Shown here one piece after another: positions 1 to 11,752 of a stretch of 64,000 nucleotides of DNA. The notes under the pieces were generated by a model that saw nothing but the letters and a program-made list of their open reading frames with translations, did no database searches and was not told the DNA's origin. The stretch covers positions 10,230,001 through 10,294,000 of the forward strand of contig OX597829.1 in NCBI GenBank assembly GCA_951406725.2. Reading direction: 5' to 3'. The position numbers were made by a program, and so were the translations under genes. This DNA comes from Octopus vulgaris. Its lineage: Eukaryota. How positions within the stretch are numbered: position 1 is the first letter of the stretch; every line of letters begins with the position of its first letter.

Positions 1-434
1 AGCCCAATTTGAGACTTTAAACTGCCCCCAAAATTATAGTACGAGAGTGTAATACACGTAAATACGAGCGAAAAGTTTGAGAATGGATTTTCCTACATAC
101 ATAAAATTAATAGCTGAGATTTTAATGAAATTATAAAAATAAATATGTATTTAATTAACATTTTTGAAATTCTAGCAATAAGTTGATAATGTCTGTGTTC
201 AGAATATTCTTCCCAAAGCCAGAAATAGAAACCGGTTACGTAAACAAGTGATTCTCAGAATTTTTTTTATCACCAAAGGACATTTTATACACACCTCTCT
301 CCATGTTTTACAAAATCATAAATGAGCAACAAATAATGATAATTAAGCAGAAACTAATGTTTTCCATTGATTTATCATCATCCATGTTTTCTGCTCGTTA
401 ATAACATTATTTCTCAATCATGTTCAAAACCTCA

Positions 435-532
435 TTTTACATTATTTACATTTGACAGATATTTGTCTTCATCCGTCAAATGTAAATAATGTAAATAATG
501 TACATAATTCCTCATCTCTTAAATATAGAACT
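435..532. mobile_element. Internally deleted fold-back remnant of the short PLE-terminus repeat also at 27190-27360 and 43494-43585
   Basis: ACATTATTTACATTTGAC...GTCAAATGTAAATAATGT inverted arms followed by CATAATTCCTCATCTCTTAAATATAGAACT, a tail shared with 27330-27360. Confidence 0.6.
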
Positions 533-616
533 ATATTAAAAACCTAACAGAAAATTTATTGTTTAAAATATAAGTACATTATTCGGTGTTACTTTAAATC
601 TCAGTAAAATTAACAT

Positions 617-850
617 GCGTAGCTGTGTGGTAAGAAGCTTGCTTCCCAACCACATGGTTCCGGGTTCAGTACCACTACGTGACACCTTGGAAAGTGTCTT
701 CTACTATACCCTCCGACTGACCACATTCTTGTGAGTAGATTTGGTAGGTGGAAACCGAAAGAATCCCTTCATAAAAAGTACAACTAAAAATTCTTTAAGG
801 CGGTGCCCCAGCATTGCCGTAATATAAAAACTGAAAAATAAGTCAAAGAA
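617..850 (+). mobile_element. tRNA-derived CORE-type SINE (degraded)
   Basis: A/B-box-like head TAGCTGTGTGGTAAG...GGTTCAGTACC, then GTGACACCTTGGAAAGTGTCTTCTAC CORE-like segment; homologous to 16389-16795. Confidence 0.75.
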
Positions 851-1496
851 AAAAAAATAATTCTCTAAACACGCACTGTCCTCCATTTGAAGCCCCTTAA
901 TTTACAAACCTCAGTTTTTTTTTTATTATCATATACATTCTGTGTAAAAGGAGTAAATATGAATAGTTATAAGATATGAAGAAAACAAACAAAAAAAATA
1001 GCATAAAGCAAAAAGAATTTTAGAATTTTCCTGTCTTCAAGAAGCCAACAACTATAAAGGAAAAACTGAATAAGCTGACAGTTATTTAAAGAAAGAAGAA
1101 TCAATAAGAGAAATTATTAAGAAATAAATTTTAAAAATATAATAAATAACTAAATTGTAAATGAGATTACAGATTGTCATATTGGCAAGAAAAAGTCTCT
1201 GCATGACCATCACTTGACAAAACTGAACAAAGCGGAAATTATAACAGAAAAAGAAAGAAAGTAAGAAAGAAAGAAAGAAAGAAAGAATGAAAGAAAGAAA
1301 GAATGAAAGATAAGGATTCAGTAATGTTTGGGAAGCCCTGCGTTTGCCCCCTCCCCCCAAGACTATCAAAACATAATGAAGCTAAACAAAAGAAAAACAA
1401 TAAATAAAAAGTGAAATATATGTAGAAGTTATGATGAAGCAATCAAGTACATTTGTTTTTTAGCTGTTCAACCTCACCTAAAATAGGAGATATACG

Positions 1497-1500
<4 letters not shown>

Positions 1501-1538
<38 letters not shown>

Positions 1539-1542
1539 TACA

Positions 1543-1576
<34 letters not shown>

Positions 1577-1622
1577 CATACATACATACATACATACATA
1601 CATACATACATACATACATACA
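1501..1622. repeat. (CA)n-(TACA)n compound microsatellite
   Basis: Direct reading. Confidence 0.95.
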
Positions 1623-1789
1623 TTAATATAGTTGATGGTTTCATACACATGTGTGTGTGTGTGTGTACGGTTGGAGTTTTCGCATCAGCTTTATGGTAAA
1701 TCCACTTTACTCTGGGAAAAAAGAGTTGAACGTAATACCTTGTAGATGCAGATGCAAAAAGTCATCAGGACAAAGGAATTTCTAAACTC

Positions 1790-1930
1790 TGTATCATTTC
1801 GAACGAAAAACGACATATCTTTAAACGAAATTGATAAAGTATTAAATATAAAGATCTGAAAATAGAGATAACCCGAATGTATGAATCATAAATAGAAATC
1901 ATCTTCGTAACACATCTAGTACTCTTAAAA
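1790..1930 (+). mobile_element. Old remnant of the C-terminus of an R4/Dong-type LINE endonuclease
   Basis: Translates, with a frameshift, to ..DISLNEIDKV..KYKDLKIEITRM.., matching VSLKEMEKLSKYKDLEIEVTRM of 29776-30369. Confidence 0.5.
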
Positions 1931-1974
1931 CAAGAGAAATCACAAAAATAACGCACAAAAGTAAAACGTACCCA

Positions 1975-2320
1975 TAATAAAGGGTGACCCCCTTTGGTCA
2001 TGAATGACCATGCGATTACACCGAGAAAGTTACCCTCCGAGGCACAATTCCGGGCAAGGTTTTTTACATAGAAAATCAGCAGTCGCCCATGCATACCGGC
2101 CTCCTCTCTCCATACCACCGATGTTATCCATGAGAAAGACAATGGCTGATATAGTTAGGCACCAGTGACGTTGTAACTCATTTCTACAGCTGAGTGAACT
2201 GGAGCAACCTGAAATAAAGTGCCTTGCTCAAGAACACAACACGCAGCCCGGTCCAGGAATCGAACTCGCAACCTCACGATCGCAAGCTCGACGCTCCAAT
2301 CCCTGAGCCATGTGCCTTCA
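1975..2320 (-). mobile_element. tRNA-derived SINE (family distinct from 617 and 37661)
   Basis: Minus strand begins GAAGGCACATGGCTCAGGGATTGG...GAGTTCGATTCC (A and B boxes) followed by GTTCTTGAGCAAGGCACTTTATTTC..GCTCCAGTTCACTCAGCTG. Confidence 0.75.
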
Positions 2321-4054
2321 TTATGTACTCATAATACACAGTTGTTTACGATAGTGATTTCTGAAAGTTACTTTACATTACCCAGGGCCGAAATAACTGC
2401 AGAATAAAAATGCTCAGTGTCTTTTGAGTGTCTATATGCTCTTACTTATAACTCATATACTTGTCCTTGAAACTGCGGTGGCATTCAGCCGGGGTGTGTT
2501 GAATCGGCTCCGCCCAATAAGTTTACCACGCCCCTCATGAATGCTGACTACATTCGACGGTCAGCCCTAACGTTCTAACAGGCATGGTAATGCTTCTGCT
2601 TGTAATCCAAAATCCAGCTCATAGGTCCCACTATCGAATGCAGTTTAAAGTCTTGCCCAGAACACTTATCACAATAATGACTGACTTACCGCTGAACTGG
2701 ACACATTATTTTTTATTTGTTAGACAAGTATGAGCGCATGACTATTATGCAGCTGCCTGATGACCAATGCTAGGGGGATTTTTTTCTATTCAGGGCCGGA
2801 GCATCGTTCACTGTTACAAACAATACGTTTCTCACTTAGACGATATGTCTGCTCACAGTCAGAAAATCTCCGTACATGCTGCAACCACAGCCCATAGATG
2901 TACATCGTCAGATAACACGTATAAAACCCTCTTCGCAGAGAGTTTTAGCAGTAAACATTGTACAGAAAGTGAATGAGTATACATAACAGTCTGGCCAGAT
3001 TAAAACTAGGGCACGACAGTCAGGGGTTAACGAGTAAATATGATATGTGTGTTTGTTTCCTCTGTTCGTTCTTTCAGCTTATCCCATGTACAAGTGAGAC
3101 CGACCACACTACTCATAATCACTCCCTAGTTTCTGCCTACTGGACATGTGGACCAATCCAGATGCCAACTATCTTAAAAGGTACCTCAATTGACCTTGTT
3201 ATGTGTAATGTACTCTTGTTACTCTGTTGTACACCTTCGGCACTATGTCACTTGCCTGGATTTCCGTGGTAATAGCCATCTTCGCCACAGTGATCTCCGC
3301 ATAAGCGACACTGCTTGCTAGCCACGCAAGAAAAAGCATCATATAATAGGATATAGAACAACAAAATATCGACTTACCATTGAATTGCAGACAAGGTGTG
3401 ATTATTAGTAACGGAGCTGCCTTTGGTAAAGGAGCTGGATTCACCAGGAACTGAACAAAAGTATAGATGTACCACCTTTTTTTCAGAAACATTTCCCTCG
3501 ATGCTCCTGCCGAAATCAACGCATTCTTCTTTTTACATTGCTTCACCATCCAAACTCCTCTACTGTTCCACTCAGGTTGCATCCTCCCAAATAAACTTAC
3601 ATCACTGCTGCTGCATTGAAATCACCAAAGTATTGATCATATAAAACATACCTTTATGATTCCCAGTGAGATGGGCCAAATTTGTCATTTTTATATACAT
3701 TTTAGCAGCTGCAGTAGCAAATAGGGGTATTGACTGCTGAAAATTCTAAGCCATATCCTTGGAGGAATTTCATTGCAGCACATATGAGTGATTTATTATC
3801 TATTTTGTTATCATGTTTCACTTATATTAGGACTGTTTCGAAGACACAACAAAAACTACTTCAACATTTATGGACACACAGTTCCACAATTATCTTTCTA
3901 TCTTTTTTCCTTCCTTCCTTTCTTTTTCTCTCTTTGTATCTATCTATCTAATATATATTATGTATATATATATATATATGAAAGAGAGAAAGGGAGAGAA
4001 AGAGAAAGAGAAAGAGAGAGTGTGTATTTGAAGTGTGTACAGATACTGTATAGT

Positions 4055-4164
4055 AAGAAGGAAGCAGTCAGAATTTTTGACAACTCTTTATTAGAGCTTT
4101 CATTCGTTTGAACGAACGAAAGTGCTAATAATGTATCTTCCAAAAATTTGACTGCCTCCTTCTT
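4055..4164. repeat. Imperfect palindrome abutting (TA)n
   Basis: AAGAAGGAAGCAGTCAGAATTTTTG...CAAAAATTTGACTGCCTCCTTCTT; both strands translate to KKEAV...LSFV. Confidence 0.8.
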
Positions 4165-4494
4165 TATATATATATATATATATAAGCTTACCATGAAATG
4201 GTCTATTTCATGCCGAATTCTACTTGGTGAAATTACTGATTACTTCTTAATCAATTAAGAACCCTTTGTTATTATTGATAATGGAATTCTTCTCCCTGAT
4301 AACAAACTACAGTTTCTCTCTGTAGCATCTTACTTGCCGACACACGCTAATGGGCAGGGGAAGGTGATGAACTCTCATTCGTATTTTGAATTTGGCGGCA
4401 CTAGCATTGAATATGATATCTCTGATACCGTTAGGTGGAGAGATATATTCCAGTGCCTTCGAATTTAATATTTAGTATTTAATATTGTTGGAAT

Positions 4495-4580
4495 CTCACG
4501 CTAATGAGTCGAAAAAAGTTGGGTAAAGTATAATTCTATGTTCTTTATACCGATCTAATTCCGAAACGCGCGTACGTGGG
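4495..4580 (+). ncRNA. Degenerate minimal type I hammerhead ribozyme motif (core CUAAUGA)
   Basis: Stem I CTCACG/CGTGGG, CTAATGA at 4501-4507, GAAAC-GCGC-GTA at 4563-4574 with palindromic loop; stem II poorly paired. Confidence 0.55.
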
Positions 4581-4773
4581 TAACCAAATATGGATTGATT
4601 TTCGTTGTTTTTCTTCTTTGCCTGCGTAGATTGTTTTCAAGTACTTTGGTTTTTCTGGGAGTCCCCTTTTAAAGTAGAAAAAATAGCTAAGGCTTTTTGA
4701 CTGCTATTTCTAAACTTCGGTATTTGGTGAAGCAAATTTTTGCTGAACCCTAATTATTATATATATATATATA

Positions 4774-5441
4774 TACGAGGGAAGGTCAAAAATTATACAC
4801 ACTCTTGTCTTTCAATGTATTTACATAAAGGCAAGGGATGACCAAATACATCATTTTTCTATGTAGTCGCTTTCCTTTTCGATGTACTTGGTCCAACAGT
4901 CCACAAGCTTGCGTATTCTGTCCAAGAAGGTTTTCGGTTGGTCGTACAATTTATGCACCGCTTCCTTTACATCTTCATCTGTAGTAAATCAACGACCTTG
5001 TAAACCATCTTTGAGCGATCCAAAGATATGGTAGTTGGAAGGAGCGAGATCTGGATTGTAAGCAGGGTGTTCCATCACCTCAAAACCCATTTGGTTAATG
5101 GTTTCAATGGACTGGGCGGCCGTATGTGGGCGTGCATTGTCCTGCAACAAAAAATCTTTCTTTGACAATAGGCTTCGACTTTGGTGCGAATTGCTGGCTT
5201 CAGTTCGTTGGCCAGCAAAGCACTGTATCATGCACTGTTGCTCGTACACCCCTTTTCTAGAGAAATCGGATCACTGCTCTTCCCTGGTTTATATTGCTAG
5301 TGGAGCAGCCATGCTTACACTTAAGGCTCAAACTTCGATCACGAGACAGCAATACTACCAACTATAAACACGCATGTGCAGAAGGCAGTGTGACAACAAT
5401 AAAGATATGTTATGTTAAATAATTTTTAACTTCCCTCCGTA
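4774..5441 (-). mobile_element. Internally deleted mariner element with both TIRs, inserted at TA
   Basis: TIRs TACGAGGGAAGGTCAAAAATTA / TAATTTTTAACTTCCCTCCGTA; ORF 4989-5249 LQDNARPH...HPAYNPDLAPSNYHIF is the mariner DD34D C-terminal motif (YSPDLAPSD). Confidence 0.9.
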
Positions 5442-5494
5442 TATACATGCAAATATATATATATGAACGTATACACCTACATGCATGCATACAC

Positions 5495-5587
<93 letters not shown>

Positions 5588-5828
5588 AGAGAGCGAGAGA
5601 GAGAGCTACACATACATATATATATATATGATGATGATGATGATGGCAATTTTACTTGCATGTTTCACGGTTTCGTGACCATTCAACAACGATCAATGAT
5701 CTTTCCTCTGTGCGTCCACGTAGAAAACTGCATACCCGTTTCTCCCTTGAAGTGAAGTGACAGCACAAATTTACATACTGGGTACTTTTTGTTGTTGTTG
5801 TTGTTGTTTATTTTTCTGATGTCTATAT

Positions 5829-5963
5829 TAACTAATTAGTGTACATTTATGCAGAACACAGCATGTATTAGAAATACAAGATATACCTAAATAGTTAAAA
5901 ATACGGTTTTAAAGCCTTCGCTATGTAATTCGAAACTTTAGGCACACACACACACATATATAT

Positions 5964-6007
<44 letters not shown>

Positions 6008-6125
6008 GTACATTCATATATGTAAGTATATATATATGATGTAAAGGTATGTGTATCTTTTTGCAAGTGTGTGTAATCATATGTTTGTGTTTCCATATGC
6101 ACATACAAACATACACGCGCGCGCG

Positions 6126-6191
<66 letters not shown>

Positions 6192-6339
6192 TATGATATG
6201 TAATACACATACACCCGCTCGAATTTGGAGTTTAGAGTTTCGCAGAGAAGGCTTTAAAACTGTAGTTTAACTACTGTAAATTTAAGTTACGTTCCTAATA
6301 CACGCTGTGTTGTGAATAAATATTTATTAATTATTTAAT
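5829..6339. repeat. Diverged inverted repeat (arms about 5829-5940 and 6223-6339) around a microsatellite spacer
   Basis: ACACAGCATGTATTAG / CTAATACACGCTGTGT and TTTTAAAGCCTTCGC / GAGAAGGCTTTAAAA. Confidence 0.7.
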
Positions 6340-8460
6340 CACGTGGGTTTTTTTTTTCTGCCTTTAAATCATAAAAGCTATCAGAACACAGTATGTGTTT
6401 GCGTGTGTGCTTGTTTTTGCATAAGTTGTGTGTGTGTTGTATGTGTGTTTCTGTTTAACAAAAAAAAAAACACGATTTAATGCGTGATATAACATTCCCA
6501 GCTTCAATTGCCCGATGGTTGTTCATCTGAATTTTAAATAAATAAATATTTATTTTTCTTAATTTTTCTTTACAAACCTTTGTATATGTTAAAGACAATA
6601 TGCTATGTAACCATATATTTTCAAAATTGTAGTCATGATTTTTAACCCTTGTAGTTTCCCAGATCTTTCCTTCTCAGTTGCCTAAAGAAGACGAATCATC
6701 AACGTAGATTTTACATTTGTAGTTTTGAACCTAGAGACTCTGTACCACCAGGAAGTTTGCGAAACAATTGCTTGAGATTAACGGAGAGAGTTCTATAGAA
6801 AGTTTGTTTCATTTTATGGCTAATATAAACCCTTTTTTTTTCTTTGGAAATCACTTCGATGCTCACAATATCACAACATGACCGTTTCAAATGCCAAAAT
6901 GTCATTAATCCCAATGTTATTCAACAGAGCTAGCATATTTTCGTACTTTGAAAGTATATTCTTCTTAGTTTTCTAATTTTGAGATGCGAAAATTACTTTG
7001 AAAACTCGAAGAACTTCTGCTCCGCATTATCACCGTATTTACTTTAATTAAAAATCAAATTTCACACACACACACCTATCTTAATAATAGTCTCTCACGT
7101 CGATTTTGATGTATGAATGTCCAGTCATTTCATTAAATGGAGAACCTGCTCATTGAATCAGCGTTCAAAGTGGCTGCGTATCTCACAGACGTGTGTGTCT
7201 TGAACTGGTTCCGCTGATAGAATAGGTGCGGCACGGCTGGGCTTTTGAATTACATGTACATTTGGTAGGTTCCTATATAGTTTCTAATCCACCCAGATTC
7301 ATACGCTGTAAGTCGAACAAAGATCATAGCAAACGCACTTGTCTAAGACACCAACTACCACTACTGGAATCAAAGCAGATACCTCTTAATTGCGATACCT
7401 AATTCTTAACCAGTTAACTATGTCTGCGCCCAAGCAGGGATATATTAGTAATCCCTATTCTGGCAATAAAATTGATTGTGACGAATGAAACACTTTTTAT
7501 TATAAGTCTTCTCGATCACGTTTGAGTTGGGGTCAAACAACAACGCAAAATACATCTATTTCTTATTGTCATGTGTGCTAGCTGAAGGATACAAAAGCTT
7601 CTATAAATATACCATCAAGAGCTACACTTCCTTAGATTGGTGGCCAATTTGCTTATAGCCTTATTGTATTATTGAGACTGTCTTAAAGTATTTCGACGGC
7701 ACATTTGTTTCTGTGCTAGTTTTCCTTACCATAATTTGTTTATTCCGTAGCTATTATTTTACAAAGTTCAAAATCCTCTTTTTTTATCCTATCTTTTCAT
7801 TGTACATTCATCTTTCATTGAAATATGATGCATTAAAACTTTCGCATAAACATCACTTATTTGAATATGAAGAAGCAGCTCTATTTCTGCGATTATCACA
7901 AAACTAACGAAGCTGTTATATATACTATTCCTTATACAATCACACATTCATGAATGTTTGTTTGTATGTATGTGTATATATGTGTATATATATATACTCA
8001 CAAACACATACACATATACATGTATGTATGTTTGTATTATGTATGTGTATATGTATATATATATATACACATACACACACATGCACATATATATATATGT
8101 ATATATATATACATTTATAAATGCACATAGATAAATGATTGAAAATAGAATGATCGATATTTTTCTTTCAAATGACTACAAATGTTTCGACATATTTTTA
8201 CAGCTGCTGAAACAGCTGTAGAGATTTTAAATAAAGTATATCGTTCGTTCCACTTTCTTTTATTATTTATCAATTTATATAAACTGTTCGGATTCCTGGC
8301 GTATATCCAGTACTAGGAGCATTACTACTGTGATGACATCAAGGTAGCCAATAACTGTGGATGAGCCTTGTGAAACATATTTAACTATATATACATATAT
8401 ATATATAAATGAATAAATAAATAAATGGAGTTGAACGAAGACGTTAATAACATTCCTTTA

Positions 8461-8542
8461 CTTTCGACATATGTTTCGAAGACAGCATGGTTTTATTCCA
8501 CAGGAATAAACGGTGTAAGATGCAATCTTCTCATTAGGAAAG
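8461..8542 (-). ncRNA. Hammerhead ribozyme motif, inverted pLTR copy with G5A core change
   Basis: Reverse complement reads CTTTC-CTAATGA-GAAGA...TCTTC-GAAAC-ATAT-GTC-GAAAG. Confidence 0.75.
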
Positions 8543-8578
8543 AAAGAGAGCCTCTCTCAACAACAATACATTATAACA

Positions 8579-8940
8579 GATATCCGGGAACTGATCGGCC
8601 ATTTCATAAAGAATATATATTCCGACCAAATCGGCTATCTGGGCGCTGTCTGAAATTCCCATTAGTACATCAAACGCATTAGGAGTATCACTCCGGACCC
8701 ACAACTTGTTATCGAACTTGATGAAAGATTTCCTAGCAGTCAATATCACATTAATTTCTTCCCTAGAGAGACCTGCTTTATTGTGTGCATGCCATAGGGC
8801 TTTATTGAGTATAATAGGGTTAATTGATGGATAGAAACTAGATATATCGAATTGGATAAATTTAGTGTTGGCCTTATTATTAATGGAAGTAAACCAATCT
8901 ACGGCTTGAACAGAATTAGACCATAAGCTAAGTTTTAATG
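8579..8940 (-). pseudogene. Inverted RT core segment of the Penelope-like element
   Basis: Minus strand encodes ..KFIQFDISSFYPSI.. and ..AFDVLMGISDSAQIADLVGIYIL.. (RT motifs A and B'), the segment missing from the plus-strand copy. Confidence 0.85.
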
Positions 8941-9997
8941 TCTGAGCTGCATATAACTAATATACTAACCCAGCATTGCGGCTTATATGCCCTTCCAGCT
9001 CAGACATCGGTATTCTTAGTAAATACATATTAGATAAGTATATCCCTACATTAATTAAACAATTAAAACTTAGTTTATGGTATAATTCTGTTCAAGATGT
9101 CCGGGAATGGCCGACCAGTTCCCGGACATCTGCGGAGGTCATTATCTCGATGATTGTCTGCTTTACCTCCGAAACATTTCAAATCAAAAAATACAGAAGG
9201 TTAAGAATAGATTAGTTAGTTTTTTTTTAGTAGAATGAGCTTGCACATCGTTTTTGACGATGAGTTAACTAAAGCCAACTTCTTAGACATTACTCTCAAT
9301 TTACAAAATAACTTGTACTTCCCATACCATAAACCTTCCACAAATCTTAAATATATTAGTCTCTACAGTAATCACGCTAGGGTAATTACCAATAATTTAA
9401 TTAAAAACATCTCACTTAGATTGTCTAAATTATCTGCCAATGTTGACATTTTTAAAGGAAAAGCAGACTTCTTTAACGCCGCCTTGATAAAAGCTGGCTA
9501 TAAAGAGAAAGTGTCATACATTGATTCTGCTCATTCTAGTCCTTTAGCTGCTGCTCCAGACAAAATATCTAGTTGTAATAGTAAGAGTGATTTTAATTCT
9601 AATAGTGTAAGCAGCCCAATACATAATATAAATTCTTCACGGACCAGGGAGGTAAGCGACATTTAACCTTAAATTTCCAACCAAGAAATTTTTCCCCTAC
9701 CTTTATAAAAAATACCACGTACAATTCAAAAGTCACTAGGAACAGTATCTGGTTCGTAATCCCATTCGGAAAACAATTTAAATCGAACTTTCCTTTGCAG
9801 TTCCGTGAAGCGGTTGCTTGGAACTTCCCCAAAAATTCTAGATATTATTCTATTATCAACCCCAACAAAGTTAGATTCGCTTTCTCCAACACTAAGAATC
9901 TCTCGCAAATTATATCTTCTCACAATACCAATCTGCTAAATAAAGGTTCTTTATCCGGGAGTTCCAACATTAATCTTGTTAATTCCAACACCTCATA

Positions 9998-9998
9998 C

Positions 9999-10050
<52 letters not shown>

Positions 10051-10124
10051 GTAATAATAATAATAACATTAATAATAACGGTATTATTGTTGATAATGAA
10101 ATTTATTGTATTAATAAAAATAAA

Positions 10125-10174
<50 letters not shown>

Positions 10175-10186
10175 TAATTATGGTGA

Positions 10187-10220
<34 letters not shown>

Positions 10221-10272
10221 GGTGGTGGTGGTGGTGGTGGTGGTGGTGGTTGTGATGGTGGTGATGGTGATG

Positions 10273-10365
<93 letters not shown>

Positions 10366-10393
10366 GTGATGGTGATGATGATGATGGTGATGG

Positions 10394-10430
<37 letters not shown>

Positions 10431-10435
10431 AATAA
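9998..10435. repeat. (AAT)n/(GAT)n/(GGT)n arrays in frame in the PLE RT-endonuclease linker
   Basis: ORF 9795-10532 reads through poly-N, poly-G and poly-D. Confidence 0.9.
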
Positions 10436-10508
10436 TCGTAGCGATAAAAACTTGGTTTCGATCTCTGAGGACAACCCCAACAGAATTAAATTTTTGTCTA
10501 ATAACTCT

Positions 10509-10883
10509 AAGATCAAAAATTTTATATGCTAGTGTAAAATTTCTTCTGGTACCGATGTCTTCTTCTATATAGGCGCGTCCACTTCTCAGTTATCCAAGAG
10601 AATTTCAAATCATTATTCATCATATAGGGATAGCAAAAAACGACATAGTACAGGGCTAAGTAAATTAGCTTGGCGTCTTAAAGACAACAATATAGATTTT
10701 AAGTTAGATTGGTTCACACTGTCTGTAGCCTTTCCTTTCGATAAGGGCAAGAGATTTTGTAACATTTGCAACTTTGAACTCTTCCATATTCTCTTCTCGA
10801 AGAATCCCCTTGTAAACACACTCATAGAGAGATCGTACAAATGTAAACACTGGCAGAAACATACATTTTACTCATATAAGTGA
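10509..10883 (+). pseudogene. GIY-YIG endonuclease domain of the PLE
   Basis: NFIC*CKISSGTDVFFYIGASTSQLSKRISNH..STGLSKLAWRLK..W..CNICNFE..N..E..YKCKHWQKH, in frame after TAG 10530-10532, ending TGA 10883. Confidence 0.85.
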
Positions 10884-11158
10884 TTTCGCCAGTCATTATA
10901 GTTTGAACAATTAGTTTAACTTGCACTTCACTTCAATAGAGGAATTTTTTCCTAAACCTTTAAACATTCTTTTAATCAACCTATTCCTCCCTCTCTATTT
11001 GTTCCCTAATTACTATCCCTTTAACCCTTCCCCTCCTTCTATCTGCCTTTGACGTCAAATCTACTAACGTTTTATAAAATACTTAATAACGTCCTGTTTA
11101 TCATGTAGGCAGCCGTCGTAAATGTTATAATGTCTTGTTGTTGAGAGAGGCTCTCTTT

Positions 11159-11240
11159 CTTTCCTGATGAGAAGATTGCATCTTACACCGTTTATTCCTT
11201 TGGAATAAAACCATGCTGTCTTCGAAACATATGTCGAAAG
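11159..11240 (+). ncRNA. Minimal type I hammerhead ribozyme in the PLE 3' pLTR
   Basis: Stem I CTTTC/GAAAG, CTGATGA (11164-11170), stem II GAAGA/TCTTC with extended hairpin, GAAAC-ATAT-GTC (11224-11235); all core nucleotides canonical. Confidence 0.88.
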
Positions 11241-11453
11241 TAAAGGCATTTTATTAACATCTTCGTTCAACTCCATTTATTTATTTATACATCTGTAACA
11301 CACAAATTACTGCACATTAACTCGGAGTTTCTACCTTTGGATTGGTCGCTTCAACCGAGTTTCTGACGTGAATTTGCTACCCTAGTAACGGTTCATTGAA
11401 TTTTCCATGTTAACGGTAAACATAGGATAATTCATTCACCCATCGAAATATTC

Positions 11454-11504
<51 letters not shown>

Positions 11505-11508
11505 TAAC

Positions 11509-11572
<64 letters not shown>

Positions 11573-11579
11573 TGTATAT

Positions 11580-11752
11580 GTTTGTGTGTCTGTATTTGTC
11601 CCCTCCAACATCGCTGGTGTGTTTACGTACTTGTAACTTAGAGGTTCGCAAAAGAGATTGATAGAACATGTCTAGGTTTACAAAGAATAAGACCTGGGGT
11701 CGATTTGCTCGACTAAAGGCGGTGCTCCAGCATGGCTGAAACAAGTAAGGAG
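11580..11752 (+). mobile_element. 3' tail of the tRNA-CORE SINE family
   Basis: GGTTCGCAAAAGAGA..CTGGGGTCGATTTGCTCGACTAAAGGCGGTGCTCCAGCATGG, as in 16600-16795. Confidence 0.75.

Larger units (their letters stand above)
8413..11288 (+). mobile_element. Penelope-like retroelement (probably Neptune-type), rearranged and pseudogenised, with inverted pLTR-like termini
   Basis: RT pieces RLICPSSSDIGILSKYILD (8976+), GGHYLDD (YLDD at 9143-9154) and NFLDITLNL..YFPYHKP..YI..SNH (9235+); GIY-YIG domain after an in-frame stop; about 165 bp inverted terminal repeat 8413-8578 vs 11124-11288. Confidence 0.9.

Noticed and set aside
2245-2320. tRNA gene
   Set aside because: The tRNA-like head continues into a SINE body with no terminator; the same applies to 40385-40455 and 16389-16460
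2400-3820. Possible piggyBac-like relic or exons (KKRWYIYTF, minus-strand GTAAG donors, GC/CCAAT-like boxes near 2510-2535)
   Set aside because: Multiple stops, no catalytic motif or paired termini; similarity too weak to call
8425-8682. Duplicated small protein MELNEDVN.. (also 11064-11276)
   Set aside because: Antisense reading of the PLE terminal repeat and ribozyme
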